From contig CAWJMT010000031.1 of the NCBI GenBank assembly GCA_963844035.1, forward strand, positions 19,240-83,239: 64,000 bases of DNA, in the 5' to 3' direction. The notes under the pieces were generated by a model that was not told the origin of the DNA, ran no database searches, and saw nothing but the letters and a program-made list of their open reading frames with translations. Numbering within the stretch: the stretch's first letter is position 1; every line of letters begins with the position of its first letter. This DNA is from an uncultured Gemmatimonadales bacterium. Lineage in GTDB: Bacteria > Gemmatimonadota > Gemmatimonadetes > Gemmatimonadales > GWC2-71-9. A program made the translations under genes and the position numbers. Positions 54,616 to 63,470 of the stretch are shown one piece after another.

Positions 54616-55851
54616 ATGCAACGGCGGGAGTTTGTGACGGCGGCAGGAGCGGCGCTGGTGTCTGGGCGGGAAGGCGGGAAGGCGGGAAGGCGGGTGAATG
54701 ATCCCGGCCTCCCGCCTTCCCGCCTTCCCGCCGTTCTTCCTCAAGAGCCCACGCTCGGCCCGGCGATATTCGCTCAACGCATCGCGCGCGCGCAGGCCGA
54801 GCTCACGACGCGCAAGTGGGACATGCTCATCGTCGTGCCCAGTGCCAACTATCGCTACTTCACCGGTGACCACCCGGGTACGAGCGAGCGCCTGATCGCG
54901 CTGATCGTGCCGGCGGCGGGCGATCCCGCCATCGTGTGCCCGGCATTCGAAGTGGACCGCATCAAGGCGCATGCGGGCATTCGCGACATCCGCGGCTGGG
55001 AGGAGCACGACAACCCGTACGACCTGGTGAAAAAAGTCCTCCGGGCCCGGAAGCCGCGCGGCACCGGGACGATCGCCCTCGAGGCATCCACCGCGTTCAG
55101 CACATTCGTCGGATTGAAGGATGCGCTCGACGGCTGGAAGTTCGAGGACGCGACGGGCGTGACGACGCGGCTGCGGCTGATCAAGACTCCGGAGGAAATC
55201 GCCTTGATCCGGCGCGCCATCGCCATCACCGAAGAGGCGCTGGCGGCCACGTTCGCACAGCTCGCGGTCGGGATGAGCGAGCAAGACACGGCGCGGTTGC
55301 TTGCGAATGAGATGGAAAAGCGCGGCGCCGAGGGCGACGGCCTGGTGCAGTTCGGCGCGTCGAGCGCCTTGCCCCATGGCGGACCGGCCGGCGCCACCCT
55401 CGAGCGGGAGTCGCCCGTCCTCATCGACTGCGGCTGCCGGGTGGCGGGCTACACCTCCGACATCACCCGCACGATCTGGTTCGGGGAGCACCCCACCCTC
55501 GAGTTCACGAAGGTCTACAACCTGGTCCACGACGCCCAGACCGCCGCGATCCAGCTTGGGAAGCCGCTGTTTACACCCTGCCAGGAGATGGACCGGGCCG
55601 CACGCCGGGTGATCACGGAAGGCGGGTTCGGGCCCCAGTTCACCCACCGTCTGGGCCACGGCATCGGCCTCGACATCCACGAGCCGCCGTATCTGGTCGA
55701 AGGAAACGAAACCCGCCTCGAGCCCGGGATGGTGTTCACCGTGGAACCCGGGATCTATCAGGCGGGGAAGTTCGGTGTGAGGATCGAGGACGACTGCGTG
55801 ATGACCGAGAGCGGCGTGGTGGTGCTCAGTCAGCGACCGGCGAAGCTCTAA
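54616..55851 (+). CDS. M24-family Xaa-Pro dipeptidase with Tat-like signal
   Basis: MQRREFVTAAGAAL, then a creatinase-like N-domain, then LIDCGCRVAGYTSDITRT...HRLGHGIGLDIHE...FTVEPGIY...VRIEDD. Confidence 0.85.
   Translation: MQRREFVTAAGAALVSGREGGKAGRRVNDPGLPPSRLPAVLPQEPTLGPAIFAQRIARAQAELTTRKWDMLIVVPSANYRYFTGDHPGTSERLIALIVPAAGDPAIVCPAFEVDRIKAHAGIRDIRGWEEHDNPYDLVKKVLRARKPRGTGTIALEASTAFSTFVGLKDALDGWKFEDATGVTTRLRLIKTPEEIALIRRAIAITEEALAATFAQLAVGMSEQDTARLLANEMEKRGAEGDGLVQFGASSALPHGGPAGATLERESPVLIDCGCRVAGYTSDITRTIWFGEHPTLEFTKVYNLVHDAQTAAIQLGKPLFTPCQEMDRAARRVITEGGFGPQFTHRLGHGIGLDIHEPPYLVEGNETRLEPGMVFTVEPGIYQAGKFGVRIEDDCVMTESGVVVLSQRPAKL
54664..54732. repeat. (GGCGGGAA)n palindrome, 69 nt, lying in frame inside the M24 gene just after its signal peptide
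   Basis: gggcgggaaggcgggaaggcgggaaggcggg-tgaatgatcccgg-cctcccgccttcccgccttcccgcc; encodes GREGGKAGRRVNDPGLPPSRLPA. Confidence 0.9.
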
Positions 55852-55860
55852 CCTGGAAGA

Positions 55861-57048
55861 TCAGTCCCTGAGTTTCTTCGCAAACTCCACGATCTTGCCA
55901 AGCGCCCGTTCAACGTCGTTTGTCGCTGCGGCATAGGACATCCGCACGTAGCGATCGTCTCCAAAAGCGGCGCCCGGAACCATCGCTACACCGGTGGTGG
56001 TAATGAGCCGCGTACAGAACTCCGTCCCGCTGATGCCCCCGAACGAGTCCACTCGAAAGAAGAAGTAGAAGGCGCCCAACGGATCGACGAACTCCACGCC
56101 GGGGAGGTCACGTCGGAAGCGCCCGACGACGATATCGCGGCGCTTGCGGAATTCGGCGACCATCCGTAACACGTCTTGCTCCACCCGCTCGTCGGCGAGC
56201 GCGGCCGCGGCGGCGTATTGCGCCGGATGATTGGCACCGGTCGTCGTGTGCGACTGCAGCGCCGCCATCGTCTTGGCCACCTTCGACGGGGCGAGCGCCA
56301 GCCCGATGCGCCATCCCGTCATCGCGTACGCCTTGCTCACGCCGTAAATCACGATCACGCGCTCGAGCATCTCGTCGGGCAGATCCAGGAACGACGGCGC
56401 CGGGCCGGGGCCGTAATGGATCCGCCGATAGATCTCGTCGGCGATCACCCAGACCTTCTTCTCCATGGCCCACTGCGCGATCGCCTTGATCTCGCCGTGC
56501 GTGTAGACGCCGCCGGTCGGGTTGCAGGGAGAGCACAGGATCAGTCCCTGCGTGCCGGGCACCACCCGATCGAGGTCGCGCACGCCGACCTTGAGACTCC
56601 ACTCCGGGTCCCCCGGCACGAGCACGGGACGGGCGCGCGCGAGGTGGACGATCTGCGGATACGACACCCAGGCCGGCGCCGGAATCGCCACGACGTCGCT
56701 CGGGCCGAACAGGGTGAAGCAGACGTTGAAGAGCGACTGCTTGGAGCCGTTCGAGACGACGATGTTGTCGGCGTTGACGGGGCGGCCGCCCGAGAGCACG
56801 GAGAGATGCTTGGCGGCTGCGGCACGCAGCTCGAGGATCCCCTCGTTCGCGGGATAGTGCGTCTTGCCGTCGCGGATCGCCCGCATCCCCGCCTCGGTGG
56901 GAATCGACGGCGTGGGAAAGTCGGGCTCGCCCGCGCCCAGGTCGATCACGTCCTCCCCGGCGGCGCGCCGCCGCTTGGCTTCCTGGGAGATCGCGATCGT
57001 TGCCGAGGTTTCGAGGTGCTGCAGGTTGGGTGAGAACCCTTGGCTCAT
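55861..57048 (-). CDS. Pyridoxal-phosphate-dependent aminotransferase (aspartate aminotransferase class I)
   Basis: LGAGEPDFPTP...NPTGGVYT...YGVSKAYAMTGWRIG. Confidence 0.9.
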   Translation of the reverse strand: MSQGFSPNLQHLETSATIAISQEAKRRRAAGEDVIDLGAGEPDFPTPSIPTEAGMRAIRDGKTHYPANEGILELRAAAAKHLSVLSGGRPVNADNIVVSNGSKQSLFNVCFTLFGPSDVVAIPAPAWVSYPQIVHLARARPVLVPGDPEWSLKVGVRDLDRVVPGTQGLILCSPCNPTGGVYTHGEIKAIAQWAMEKKVWVIADEIYRRIHYGPGPAPSFLDLPDEMLERVIVIYGVSKAYAMTGWRIGLALAPSKVAKTMAALQSHTTTGANHPAQYAAAAALADERVEQDVLRMVAEFRKRRDIVVGRFRRDLPGVEFVDPLGAFYFFFRVDSFGGISGTEFCTRLITTTGVAMVPGAAFGDDRYVRMSYAAATNDVERALGKIVEFAKKLRD

Positions 57049-57077
57049 GCGTCAATATCCCCACGCGCAATGTGTGC

Positions 57078-57097
57078 GGGCAAGGCATGCCTTGCCC
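57078..57097. promoter_or_regulatory. Perfect 20-nt palindrome in a divergent intergenic region (candidate operator)
   Basis: gggcaaggca|tgccttgccc, 30 nt upstream of the aminotransferase start. Confidence 0.35.
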
Positions 57098-57161
57098 CTA
57101 CCCCGCCCGGACGCTAGCATCCCGCCAGCACAAGAACCGCCCTTTGACAATCGAGGATCGT

Positions 57162-58452
57162 GTGACGACGGTAGATGAGGCCCGGGCCGCGCTCGAGCGC
57201 GGCCGCCCGGTGGTATTGGTGACGCCCCCCGCGCCGGATCAGGCGGGAGCACTCTGGGACCTGGTGGGCGCGCCGGGGGAAACCCCCAAGGGAAGTCCCG
57301 CGCTGGTCATCGTGTGCGCTGGCGAGGGTTTGCCCGCCGAGTGGGCCGCCGCGGCACCCAGCGACCGTCGGCTCCACGCCGTCACCGGCCTGCGCCGCAG
57401 TGAGCGCTGTCTCCGCGACCTCCCCATCGGCGCGCTCGCCGGCACCGTCGCCGATCTCTCGGCGCTGCTCTCCCGTTCCGCGCTCAAACTCGACACCGTT
57501 TCGACCATCGTGGTCGCCTGGCCCGAGCTGCTCATCACCACCGAGCAGGCGGGCGCGCTCGACACGCTCCTGAGCGCCGCCACGAACGCCCGGCGTGTGG
57601 TGCTGAGCTGGAATCCCGGCATGCTCAGCGACTTCCTGGAGCGGCACGCCCGCCGCGCCGAGGTGGTGGGAGGGGCGCCGACGTACGACGGCGCGCCCCT
57701 GTCGCCCATCGGACCGGCGCGCTACGTGGTCGCGTCCCGTTCCCGCCACGCCGCGTTGCTCCAGGACGCACTCGATCTGCTCGATCCGAAGCACCCCTTT
57801 CGTCTGGGACGGAGGTCCCTGCGATGCGGGCGATGCTCCCGACGCCGTGTTCTGCCTCCGGCTGCCCACCCGCGAGCAATTCGCGCTCTTGTCGCAGCGG
57901 GGCGAGCCGATCGTGTTCCTGGACGCCTCCCAGCTCCCATACCTCCGTTCGATTGCGGCGCCGCTCACGCCGGCGCGGCTGCCGTCCGCGGCCGATCGGG
58001 CCCAGGACCGCGCGCAGGCTATGCGCACGCGGATCGCACAGCTGCTCGAGACGCGGCAGCCCGACGGCGAGCTCGCGGTGCTGGCGCCGCTGTTCGAGCG
58101 TTTCGATCCCGCCGAGGTCGCGGCGGCTCTCCTCGCGATACTGGGGGACGAGGGACGGGGGAAGGGGGAAGAGGGCGTTCCCGCCGCCGCACCAGCCACC
58201 GGTGGCTCAGTGCGGGTGTTCGTCAACGTCGGCACGAAGGACCGCGCCAGCGCCAAGGACCTGGTCGGCGCGCTCATCAAGGAAGTAAAGATCGGCAAAG
58301 GAGAGATCGGCCACATCGACGTGCGGGAGACGTTCAGCGTCGTCGAGGTCGCCGCGGGGGTGGCGGAGCGCGTGGTGCGGGACCTGTCGGGCGTGACCAT
58401 CCGCGGGCGCCGCGCGATGGCGCGTCTGGATCGCTACAACTCGCCCGCGTGA
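57162..58452 (+). CDS. Degenerate DEAD-box-helicase-like protein with C-terminal DbpA-type RNA-binding domain (frameshift near 57800)
   Basis: C-terminus VRVFVNVGTKDRASAKDLVGALIKEVKIGKGEIGHIDVRETFSVVEVAAGVAERVV matches the DbpA RBD. The N-terminal region has helicase-like spacing but no GKT P-loop and AWPE in place of DEAD. The start is uncertain. Confidence 0.55.
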
Positions 58453-58471
58453 TTCGAGTCCCCAAACACTG

Positions 58472-58497
58472 ACGGGCCGCCCAGCGGGGCGGCCCGT
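58472..58497. terminator. Bidirectional GC hairpin between convergent genes
   Basis: acgggccgccc-agcg-gggcggcccgt (11-bp stem). Confidence 0.6.
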
Positions 58498-58510
58498 AAT
58501 CAGCGCAACC

Positions 58511-58531
58511 GACGTCTGATGTCTGACGTCT
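58511..58531. repeat. (GACGTCT)3 heptamer array directly after the HU gene stop
   Basis: gacgtct gatgtct gacgtct. Confidence 0.75.
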
Positions 58532-58822
58532 CTACTTCTTGTTGTTCACCGCCATCTTGAGCTGCTTGCCCGCACGAAATGCCGGAGCGATGGACGCCTT
58601 GATCTGAATCGCGCCACCGGTCTTGGGATTCCGTCCCATGCGAGCGGCGCGCTTGCGGGCCTCAAAGTTTCCGAATCCGGTGATCTGCACCTTCGCACCC
58701 TTCTTCAACTCGACAGCAATGATGCCCTTGTCATCGAATAGGGCTTCGATTGTCCGACTCGCGTCGGCCTTGGACATCTTGGTCCGCATCGCCAGCGCCG
58801 AGGTCAGCTCAGCTTTGTTCAC
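58532..58822 (-). CDS. hup: HU-family DNA-binding protein
   Basis: MNKAELTSALA...ITGFGNFEARKRAARMGRNPKTG..IQIKAS..PAFRAGK. Confidence 0.95.
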   Translation of the reverse strand: MNKAELTSALAMRTKMSKADASRTIEALFDDKGIIAVELKKGAKVQITGFGNFEARKRAARMGRNPKTGGAIQIKASIAPAFRAGKQLKMAVNNKK

Positions 58823-58963
58823 AGAAGGTCTCCTTGATGAGAGTGGGGCGAGAAACCGCAGGCCCCACGGCCACTATCTGATGGGTACAGCGGAAAAGCC
58901 TCATAACTTGGGCACAATATGGGGATATCCCCCGAGAATCCGCAAGATACGGGCACTCTTGGG

Positions 58964-59037
58964 GGTCAGGTGTCGGGTGTCAGGTGTCAGGTGTCAGGAA
59001 GGCAACCCTAGCACCTGACACCTGACACCTGAGCACC
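58964..59037. repeat. (GGTGTCA)n palindrome, third copy
   Basis: ggtcaggtgtcgggtgtcaggtgtcaggtgtcagg-aaggcaaccctagca-cctgacacctgacacctgagcacc; ends 10 nt before the coaE ATG. Confidence 0.9.
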
Positions 59038-59047
59038 TTGTCCCCCC

Positions 59048-60040
59048 ATGCTCAACGTCGCCCTGACCGGAAACATCGCCGCCGGCAAGTCCACCGTGGT
59101 CGGGTTCTTTCGCCGCTGGGGCGCAACGATCATCGACGCCGACCAGCTGGCGCGGGAGGCGCAGGCGCCGGGCACCGAGGTCCTGGCGGCGATCGTTCGG
59201 CGCTTCAGCCAGGGTGTGCTGGCGAGCGACGGCTCGCTCGACCGCGCCGCCCTGCGTTCCAAGGTGATGGGGGATGAGGCGGCCCTGAGCGACCTGAACG
59301 CGATCGTCCATCCGGCGGTGCAGCGGCGGCGCGAGGAGCTGCAGCAGGACGCCGCACGGCGCGGCGACTTGCTGGTCGTGAACGACATTCCACTCTTGTT
59401 CGAAGTCCTCGACCCCACCGAGTTCGACGTGGTCATTCTGGTGGATGCGCCCGTCGCGGTGCGCCGCACCCGCCTGCGCAACATGCGGGGGCTCTCCCAT
59501 GAGGATGCCGACCGGATGATCGCCGCCCAGATGCCCGCGGCCCGCAAGCGGCCGCTCAGCCAGTTCGTGATCGAAGACGCGGGCACGCTTCCGGAGCTCG
59601 AGGCGCAGGCCCGCACCGTCCTGCGGGAGCTGCGGCGCCGCGCCGCTACGGAGGCTCTGGGACGGCCCGCGCAGACCCTGCTCCTGGTCGCGGCCGACGG
59701 CAAGGAGAAACCCCCGGCGTTCGCGGAAATCGGGGCACGCTACGTGGAAGCGGGACTCACGGTGGAACGGGCCGCCGCCAAGGACGCAGCCGCGCTGACG
59801 GCCCGCCTGCGTCCCGACGCCATCGTCGCGACGTCAGGGGCAGCGGCGGCAGCGCGCGCGGCGTGGGAAGGGATCGGGCGGCCGGGAGCGCTGCTCTACC
59901 TGAGCGAGGACCCCGACCCGGTGGCCGTGCGGTTGGATCTGCGCCTGTGGGGCGGCGAGCGCGTCACGCTCGTCGAAGAGGGTGCCGCCGGTCTGGCGCC
60001 GCGGTCCGACCTGTTCCCGGCACCCGACGGATCGGCTTGA
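59048..60040 (+). CDS. coaE: Dephospho-CoA kinase with an extra ~130-aa C-terminal domain
   Basis: MLNVALTGNIAAGKSTV P-loop...IDADQLAREA...IVHPAV...VNDIPLLFE. Residues after about 200 (TLLLVAADGKEKPPAFAEIGARYVEAGLTVE...) are not part of a standard CoaE. Confidence 0.85.
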   Translation: MLNVALTGNIAAGKSTVVGFFRRWGATIIDADQLAREAQAPGTEVLAAIVRRFSQGVLASDGSLDRAALRSKVMGDEAALSDLNAIVHPAVQRRREELQQDAARRGDLLVVNDIPLLFEVLDPTEFDVVILVDAPVAVRRTRLRNMRGLSHEDADRMIAAQMPAARKRPLSQFVIEDAGTLPELEAQARTVLRELRRRAATEALGRPAQTLLLVAADGKEKPPAFAEIGARYVEAGLTVERAAAKDAAALTARLRPDAIVATSGAAAAARAAWEGIGRPGALLYLSEDPDPVAVRLDLRLWGGERVTLVEEGAAGLAPRSDLFPAPDGSA

Positions 60041-60111
60041 CACCCATTCTTGGCCCCGGTAACCTTCCGCGCTCACCGCACACCCCAGACGCGAGCCCTC
60101 GGCGACCCTGA

Positions 60112-60501
60112 ATGTCGAAGATTCCCGACGATCTCCGTTACACCGAGGACCACGAGTACGTCAAAACGTCCGCCGACGCGAACGTCGTGCACGTGGGGAT
60201 CACCGACCACGCGCAGAGCGAGTTGGGCGACGTCGTGTACGTCGAGCTCCCCAAGGTCGGTGCCACCCTCGCCGGCGGCGAAGCGTTCGGAACCATCGAG
60301 GCGGTGAAGGCGGTTTCGGATTTGCTCACGCCGGTCGCCGGAACCGTCACGGCGGTCAACGATGCGATCGCGGGCGACCCCGCGGTGGTGAATCGCGATC
60401 CGTACGGCGCTGGCTGGATGATCAAGCTCCGGGTCAAAGATCCGGCGGAGCTCAAAACCCTGCTCGGCAGCGCGGAGTACAAGAAGCACGTTGGAGAGTA
60501 G
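60112..60501 (+). CDS. gcvH: Glycine cleavage system H protein
   Basis: LRYTEDHEYV...GITDHAQSELGDVVYVELP..G......FGTIEAVKAVSDL (lipoyl-Lys motif). Confidence 0.95.
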   Translation: MSKIPDDLRYTEDHEYVKTSADANVVHVGITDHAQSELGDVVYVELPKVGATLAGGEAFGTIEAVKAVSDLLTPVAGTVTAVNDAIAGDPAVVNRDPYGAGWMIKLRVKDPAELKTLLGSAEYKKHVGE

Positions 60502-60536
60502 GTCCCTCCTGATGCCTCGCCACGAGGTCTAGTCGT

Positions 60537-63437
60537 ATGCCCACAGCACACGCATCCCTGCTGGCTGCTGATTCGTTCGAGCTCCGTCACCTAGGGCCCC
60601 GTCCCAGCGACGTGGACGAGATGGTCCGCACGCTCGGCCATAACACGCTCGACGAGTTCATCGCGGCGGTGGTGCCGGAGGACATCCGGCTGAAGCAGCC
60701 GCTTGCCCTGCCCCCGGGCCGGGGTGAGGGCGAGGTGCTCCAGGCGCTGCGCGGGATGGCGTCGCAGAACAAGGTGTTCCGGTCGTTCATCGGGATGGGC
60801 TATTACCCCTGCTTCACGCCGCAGGTGATCCAGCGCAACGTGATGGAAAACGCCGGCTGGTACACGGCCTATACGCCGTACCAGGCAGAGATCGCGCAGG
60901 GGCGGCTCGAGGCGTTGCTCAACTACCAGACGATGGTGTCCGACCTGACGGGCCTGGAAATCGCCAACGCCTCGCTGCTCGATGAGTCCACGGCGGCTGC
61001 CGAGGCGATGCATCTCACCGAAGCGGCGACCAAGCACGACGGGGATCTTGTGTACCTCGTGTCCGCAGGATGCCACCCCCAGACGATCGCTGTGGTGCGC
61101 ACCCGCGCCGAGGTGCGCGGGATCAAGGTGGTGGTCGCCGACCCGGCGACGTTCACGTTCGGTCCCGGTGTGATGGGCGCGCTGTTGCAGTATCCCGCGA
61201 CCGACGGCAAGGTCTCGGACTACCGCAAGTTGTGCGAGGCGGCGCACGCGGCAGGCGCGCTCGTGGCAGTCGCCACCGACCTGCTGGCGCTCACGCTGCT
61301 CATGCCTCCCGGAGAATGGGGAGCCGACATCGCGGTGGGGTCGAGCCAGCGGTTCGGCGTACAGATGGAATACGGCGGCCCGCACGCGGCGTTCTTCGCC
61401 ACGCGGGACGCGTACAAGCGCCACCTCCCCGGCCGCATCATCGGCGTGTCGAAAGATCCGGAAGGGCGGCCGGCGCTCCGCATGGCGCTGCAGACGCGGG
61501 AGCAGCACATCCGCCGCGAGAAGGCGACGAGCAATGTCTGCACGGCGCAGGTGCTGCTGGCGGTGATGGCGAGCATGTACGCGGTGTACCACGGCCCGGA
61601 GGGGTTGCTGCGCATCGCGCAGCGCGTTCACACGCTGACGGTCCTGCTCGCCACGGCGCTGAAGCGCCTGGGCTACCGGATCGTGCACACGGCGTACTTC
61701 GATACGCTGTGCGTTGAAGTCGAGCGGTGGGCCTTGCCCCGGTTGCTCGACGCGGCGCGCGCGCGCGGCATCAACCTGCGTACCATCGACGCCACGCACC
61801 TCGGCATCGCCCTGGACGAGCCCACCACCCTGGGCGATCTGGCGGACCTCGTCACCGTGTTCTCGCTGAACGAGGTGCTGCCGTTCATGGTGGAGGACCT
61901 GGGCGCCAAGGCGAGCACGGCGATCCCCGAGGTGTTGCGGCGGACGTCGCCCTACCTGACGCATCCGGTGTTCCACAAGCACCGCTCGGAAACGCAGATG
62001 CTGCGCTACATCGAGCAGCTGGAAGCCCGGGACCTCTCGCTCACGGTCGCGATGATCCCGCTCGGCTCCTGCACCATGAAGCTCAACGCCACGTTCGAGA
62101 TGGCGCCGGTCTCGTGGCGCGAGTGGAACCAGCTGCATCCGTTCGCGCCCCGCGAGCAGGCGCAGGGCTACCAGATGCTGTTCCACCAGCTCGAGGACCA
62201 GCTCTCCGAGATCACCGGGTTCCCCAAGGTGTCGCTGCAGCCCAACTCGGGCGCCCAGGGAGAGTTCGCCGGGCTGCTGGTGCTGCGCGCCTACCACGCG
62301 TCGCGCGGCGAGGCGCATCGCAACACCTGCCTGATCCCCGTGTCGGCCCACGGCACCAACCCCGCGAGCGCCGTGATGGCGGGGCTCAAGGTGGTGCCGG
62401 TGCAATCGGACGAGCACGGCAACATCGACGTCGCCGATTTGCGCGCCAAGGCCGCGAAGCACCGCGACACGCTGGCGGCGCTGATGGTGACCTATCCGTC
62501 CACCCACGGGGTGTTCGAGTCCACGATCCGGGACATTTGCGCCATCGTGCATTCACACGGCGGCCAGGTGTACATGGACGGCGCCAACATGAATGCGCAG
62601 GTGGGACTGTGCCGCCCCGCTGACTTCGGCGCCGACGTCTGCCATCTGAACCTGCACAAGACGTTCTGTATCCCGCACGGCGGCGGGGGCCCGGGGATGG
62701 GGCCGATCTGCGTGGCCGAGCATCTCGGGCCGTTCCTGCCCGACCACCCGGTCGTGCCGCTGGGGCATGCGCAGTCGTGCGGCACGGTGTCCGCCGCCCC
62801 GTGGGGCAGCGCCGCGATCCTGCCGATCTCCTGGGCCTACATCGCCGCGATGGGACGCGGCGGGCTGGCGCAGGCGACCAAGGTCGCGATTCTCAACGCC
62901 AACTACATCGCGCGCCGGCTCGCCGGTCATTACAACCTGCTCTACTCCGGCCAGCACGGGTTCGTGGCGCACGAGTGCATCATCGACACGCGTCCGTTCA
63001 AGCAATCGGCCGGCGTGGAGGTAGAGGACATCGCGAAACGCATCATCGACTACGGCTTCCACCCGCCGACCGTGTCGTTCCCGGAGGCCGGAACCCTGAT
63101 GATCGAGCCGACCGAGAGCGAGTCGCGGGAAGAGCTCGACCGGTTCTGCGACGCCATGATCGCGATCCGCGAGGAGATCCGCGAAATCGAAGAAGGACGG
63201 ATGCCGCGCGGCAACAACGTCCTCACTCACGCGCCGCACACCCTCGAAGACCTGGTCAGGGACCAGTGGGACCGGCCCTACTCGCGGGAGCGAGCCGGCT
63301 TCCCGGCACCTCACAATCGCCGCCACAAGGTGTGGCCGGCGGTCGGCCGCGTGGACGCCGCGTCGGGCGACCGGAATCTCGTGTGTGTGTGTCCGCCGAT
63401 GGAGACGTATACGGAAGAAGCGGCGGTAGGAGACTAG
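60537..63437 (+). CDS. gcvP: Glycine dehydrogenase (decarboxylating), single-chain P protein
   Basis: 966 aa: [46 protein letters not shown]...[20 protein letters not shown]. Confidence 0.97.
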   Translation: MPTAHASLLAADSFELRHLGPRPSDVDEMVRTLGHNTLDEFIAAVVPEDIRLKQPLALPPGRGEGEVLQALRGMASQNKVFRSFIGMGYYPCFTPQVIQRNVMENAGWYTAYTPYQAEIAQGRLEALLNYQTMVSDLTGLEIANASLLDESTAAAEAMHLTEAATKHDGDLVYLVSAGCHPQTIAVVRTRAEVRGIKVVVADPATFTFGPGVMGALLQYPATDGKVSDYRKLCEAAHAAGALVAVATDLLALTLLMPPGEWGADIAVGSSQRFGVQMEYGGPHAAFFATRDAYKRHLPGRIIGVSKDPEGRPALRMALQTREQHIRREKATSNVCTAQVLLAVMASMYAVYHGPEGLLRIAQRVHTLTVLLATALKRLGYRIVHTAYFDTLCVEVERWALPRLLDAARARGINLRTIDATHLGIALDEPTTLGDLADLVTVFSLNEVLPFMVEDLGAKASTAIPEVLRRTSPYLTHPVFHKHRSETQMLRYIEQLEARDLSLTVAMIPLGSCTMKLNATFEMAPVSWREWNQLHPFAPREQAQGYQMLFHQLEDQLSEITGFPKVSLQPNSGAQGEFAGLLVLRAYHASRGEAHRNTCLIPVSAHGTNPASAVMAGLKVVPVQSDEHGNIDVADLRAKAAKHRDTLAALMVTYPSTHGVFESTIRDICAIVHSHGGQVYMDGANMNAQVGLCRPADFGADVCHLNLHKTFCIPHGGGGPGMGPICVAEHLGPFLPDHPVVPLGHAQSCGTVSAAPWGSAAILPISWAYIAAMGRGGLAQATKVAILNANYIARRLAGHYNLLYSGQHGFVAHECIIDTRPFKQSAGVEVEDIAKRIIDYGFHPPTVSFPEAGTLMIEPTESESREELDRFCDAMIAIREEIREIEEGRMPRGNNVLTHAPHTLEDLVRDQWDRPYSRERAGFPAPHNRRHKVWPAVGRVDAASGDRNLVCVCPPMETYTEEAAVGD

Positions 63438-63470
63438 GCGGGCAGGCGGGCGGGCGGGAAGGCGGGAAGC
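63437..63470. repeat. GGCGGGN-type G-rich array filling the gcvP / lipoate-ligase gap
   Basis: ggcgggcaggcgggcgggcgggaaggcgggaagc. A complementary C-rich array (cccgccctcccgcctacccgccctcccgcctgc) lies at 63882-63914 inside the next gene. Confidence 0.75.

Noticed and set aside
57145-57150. TTGACA hexamer as the -35 of the DbpA-like gene
   Set aside because: It lies only 12 nt before the proposed GTG start and has no convincing -10 at the right spacing. I cannot assign either a promoter or an alternative start with confidence.
58921-58932. GGGGATATCCCC 12-nt palindrome in the hup upstream region
   Set aside because: It is short, and compatible with chance or with a weak promoter spacer (a possible TTGCGG-18-CATATT on the minus strand). 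This is not enough evidence for a regulatory call.
60041-60111. Glycine riboswitch upstream of gcvH
   Set aside because: Only about 70 nt are available, and I cannot find the conserved glycine-aptamer core. No gcvT leader context is present.
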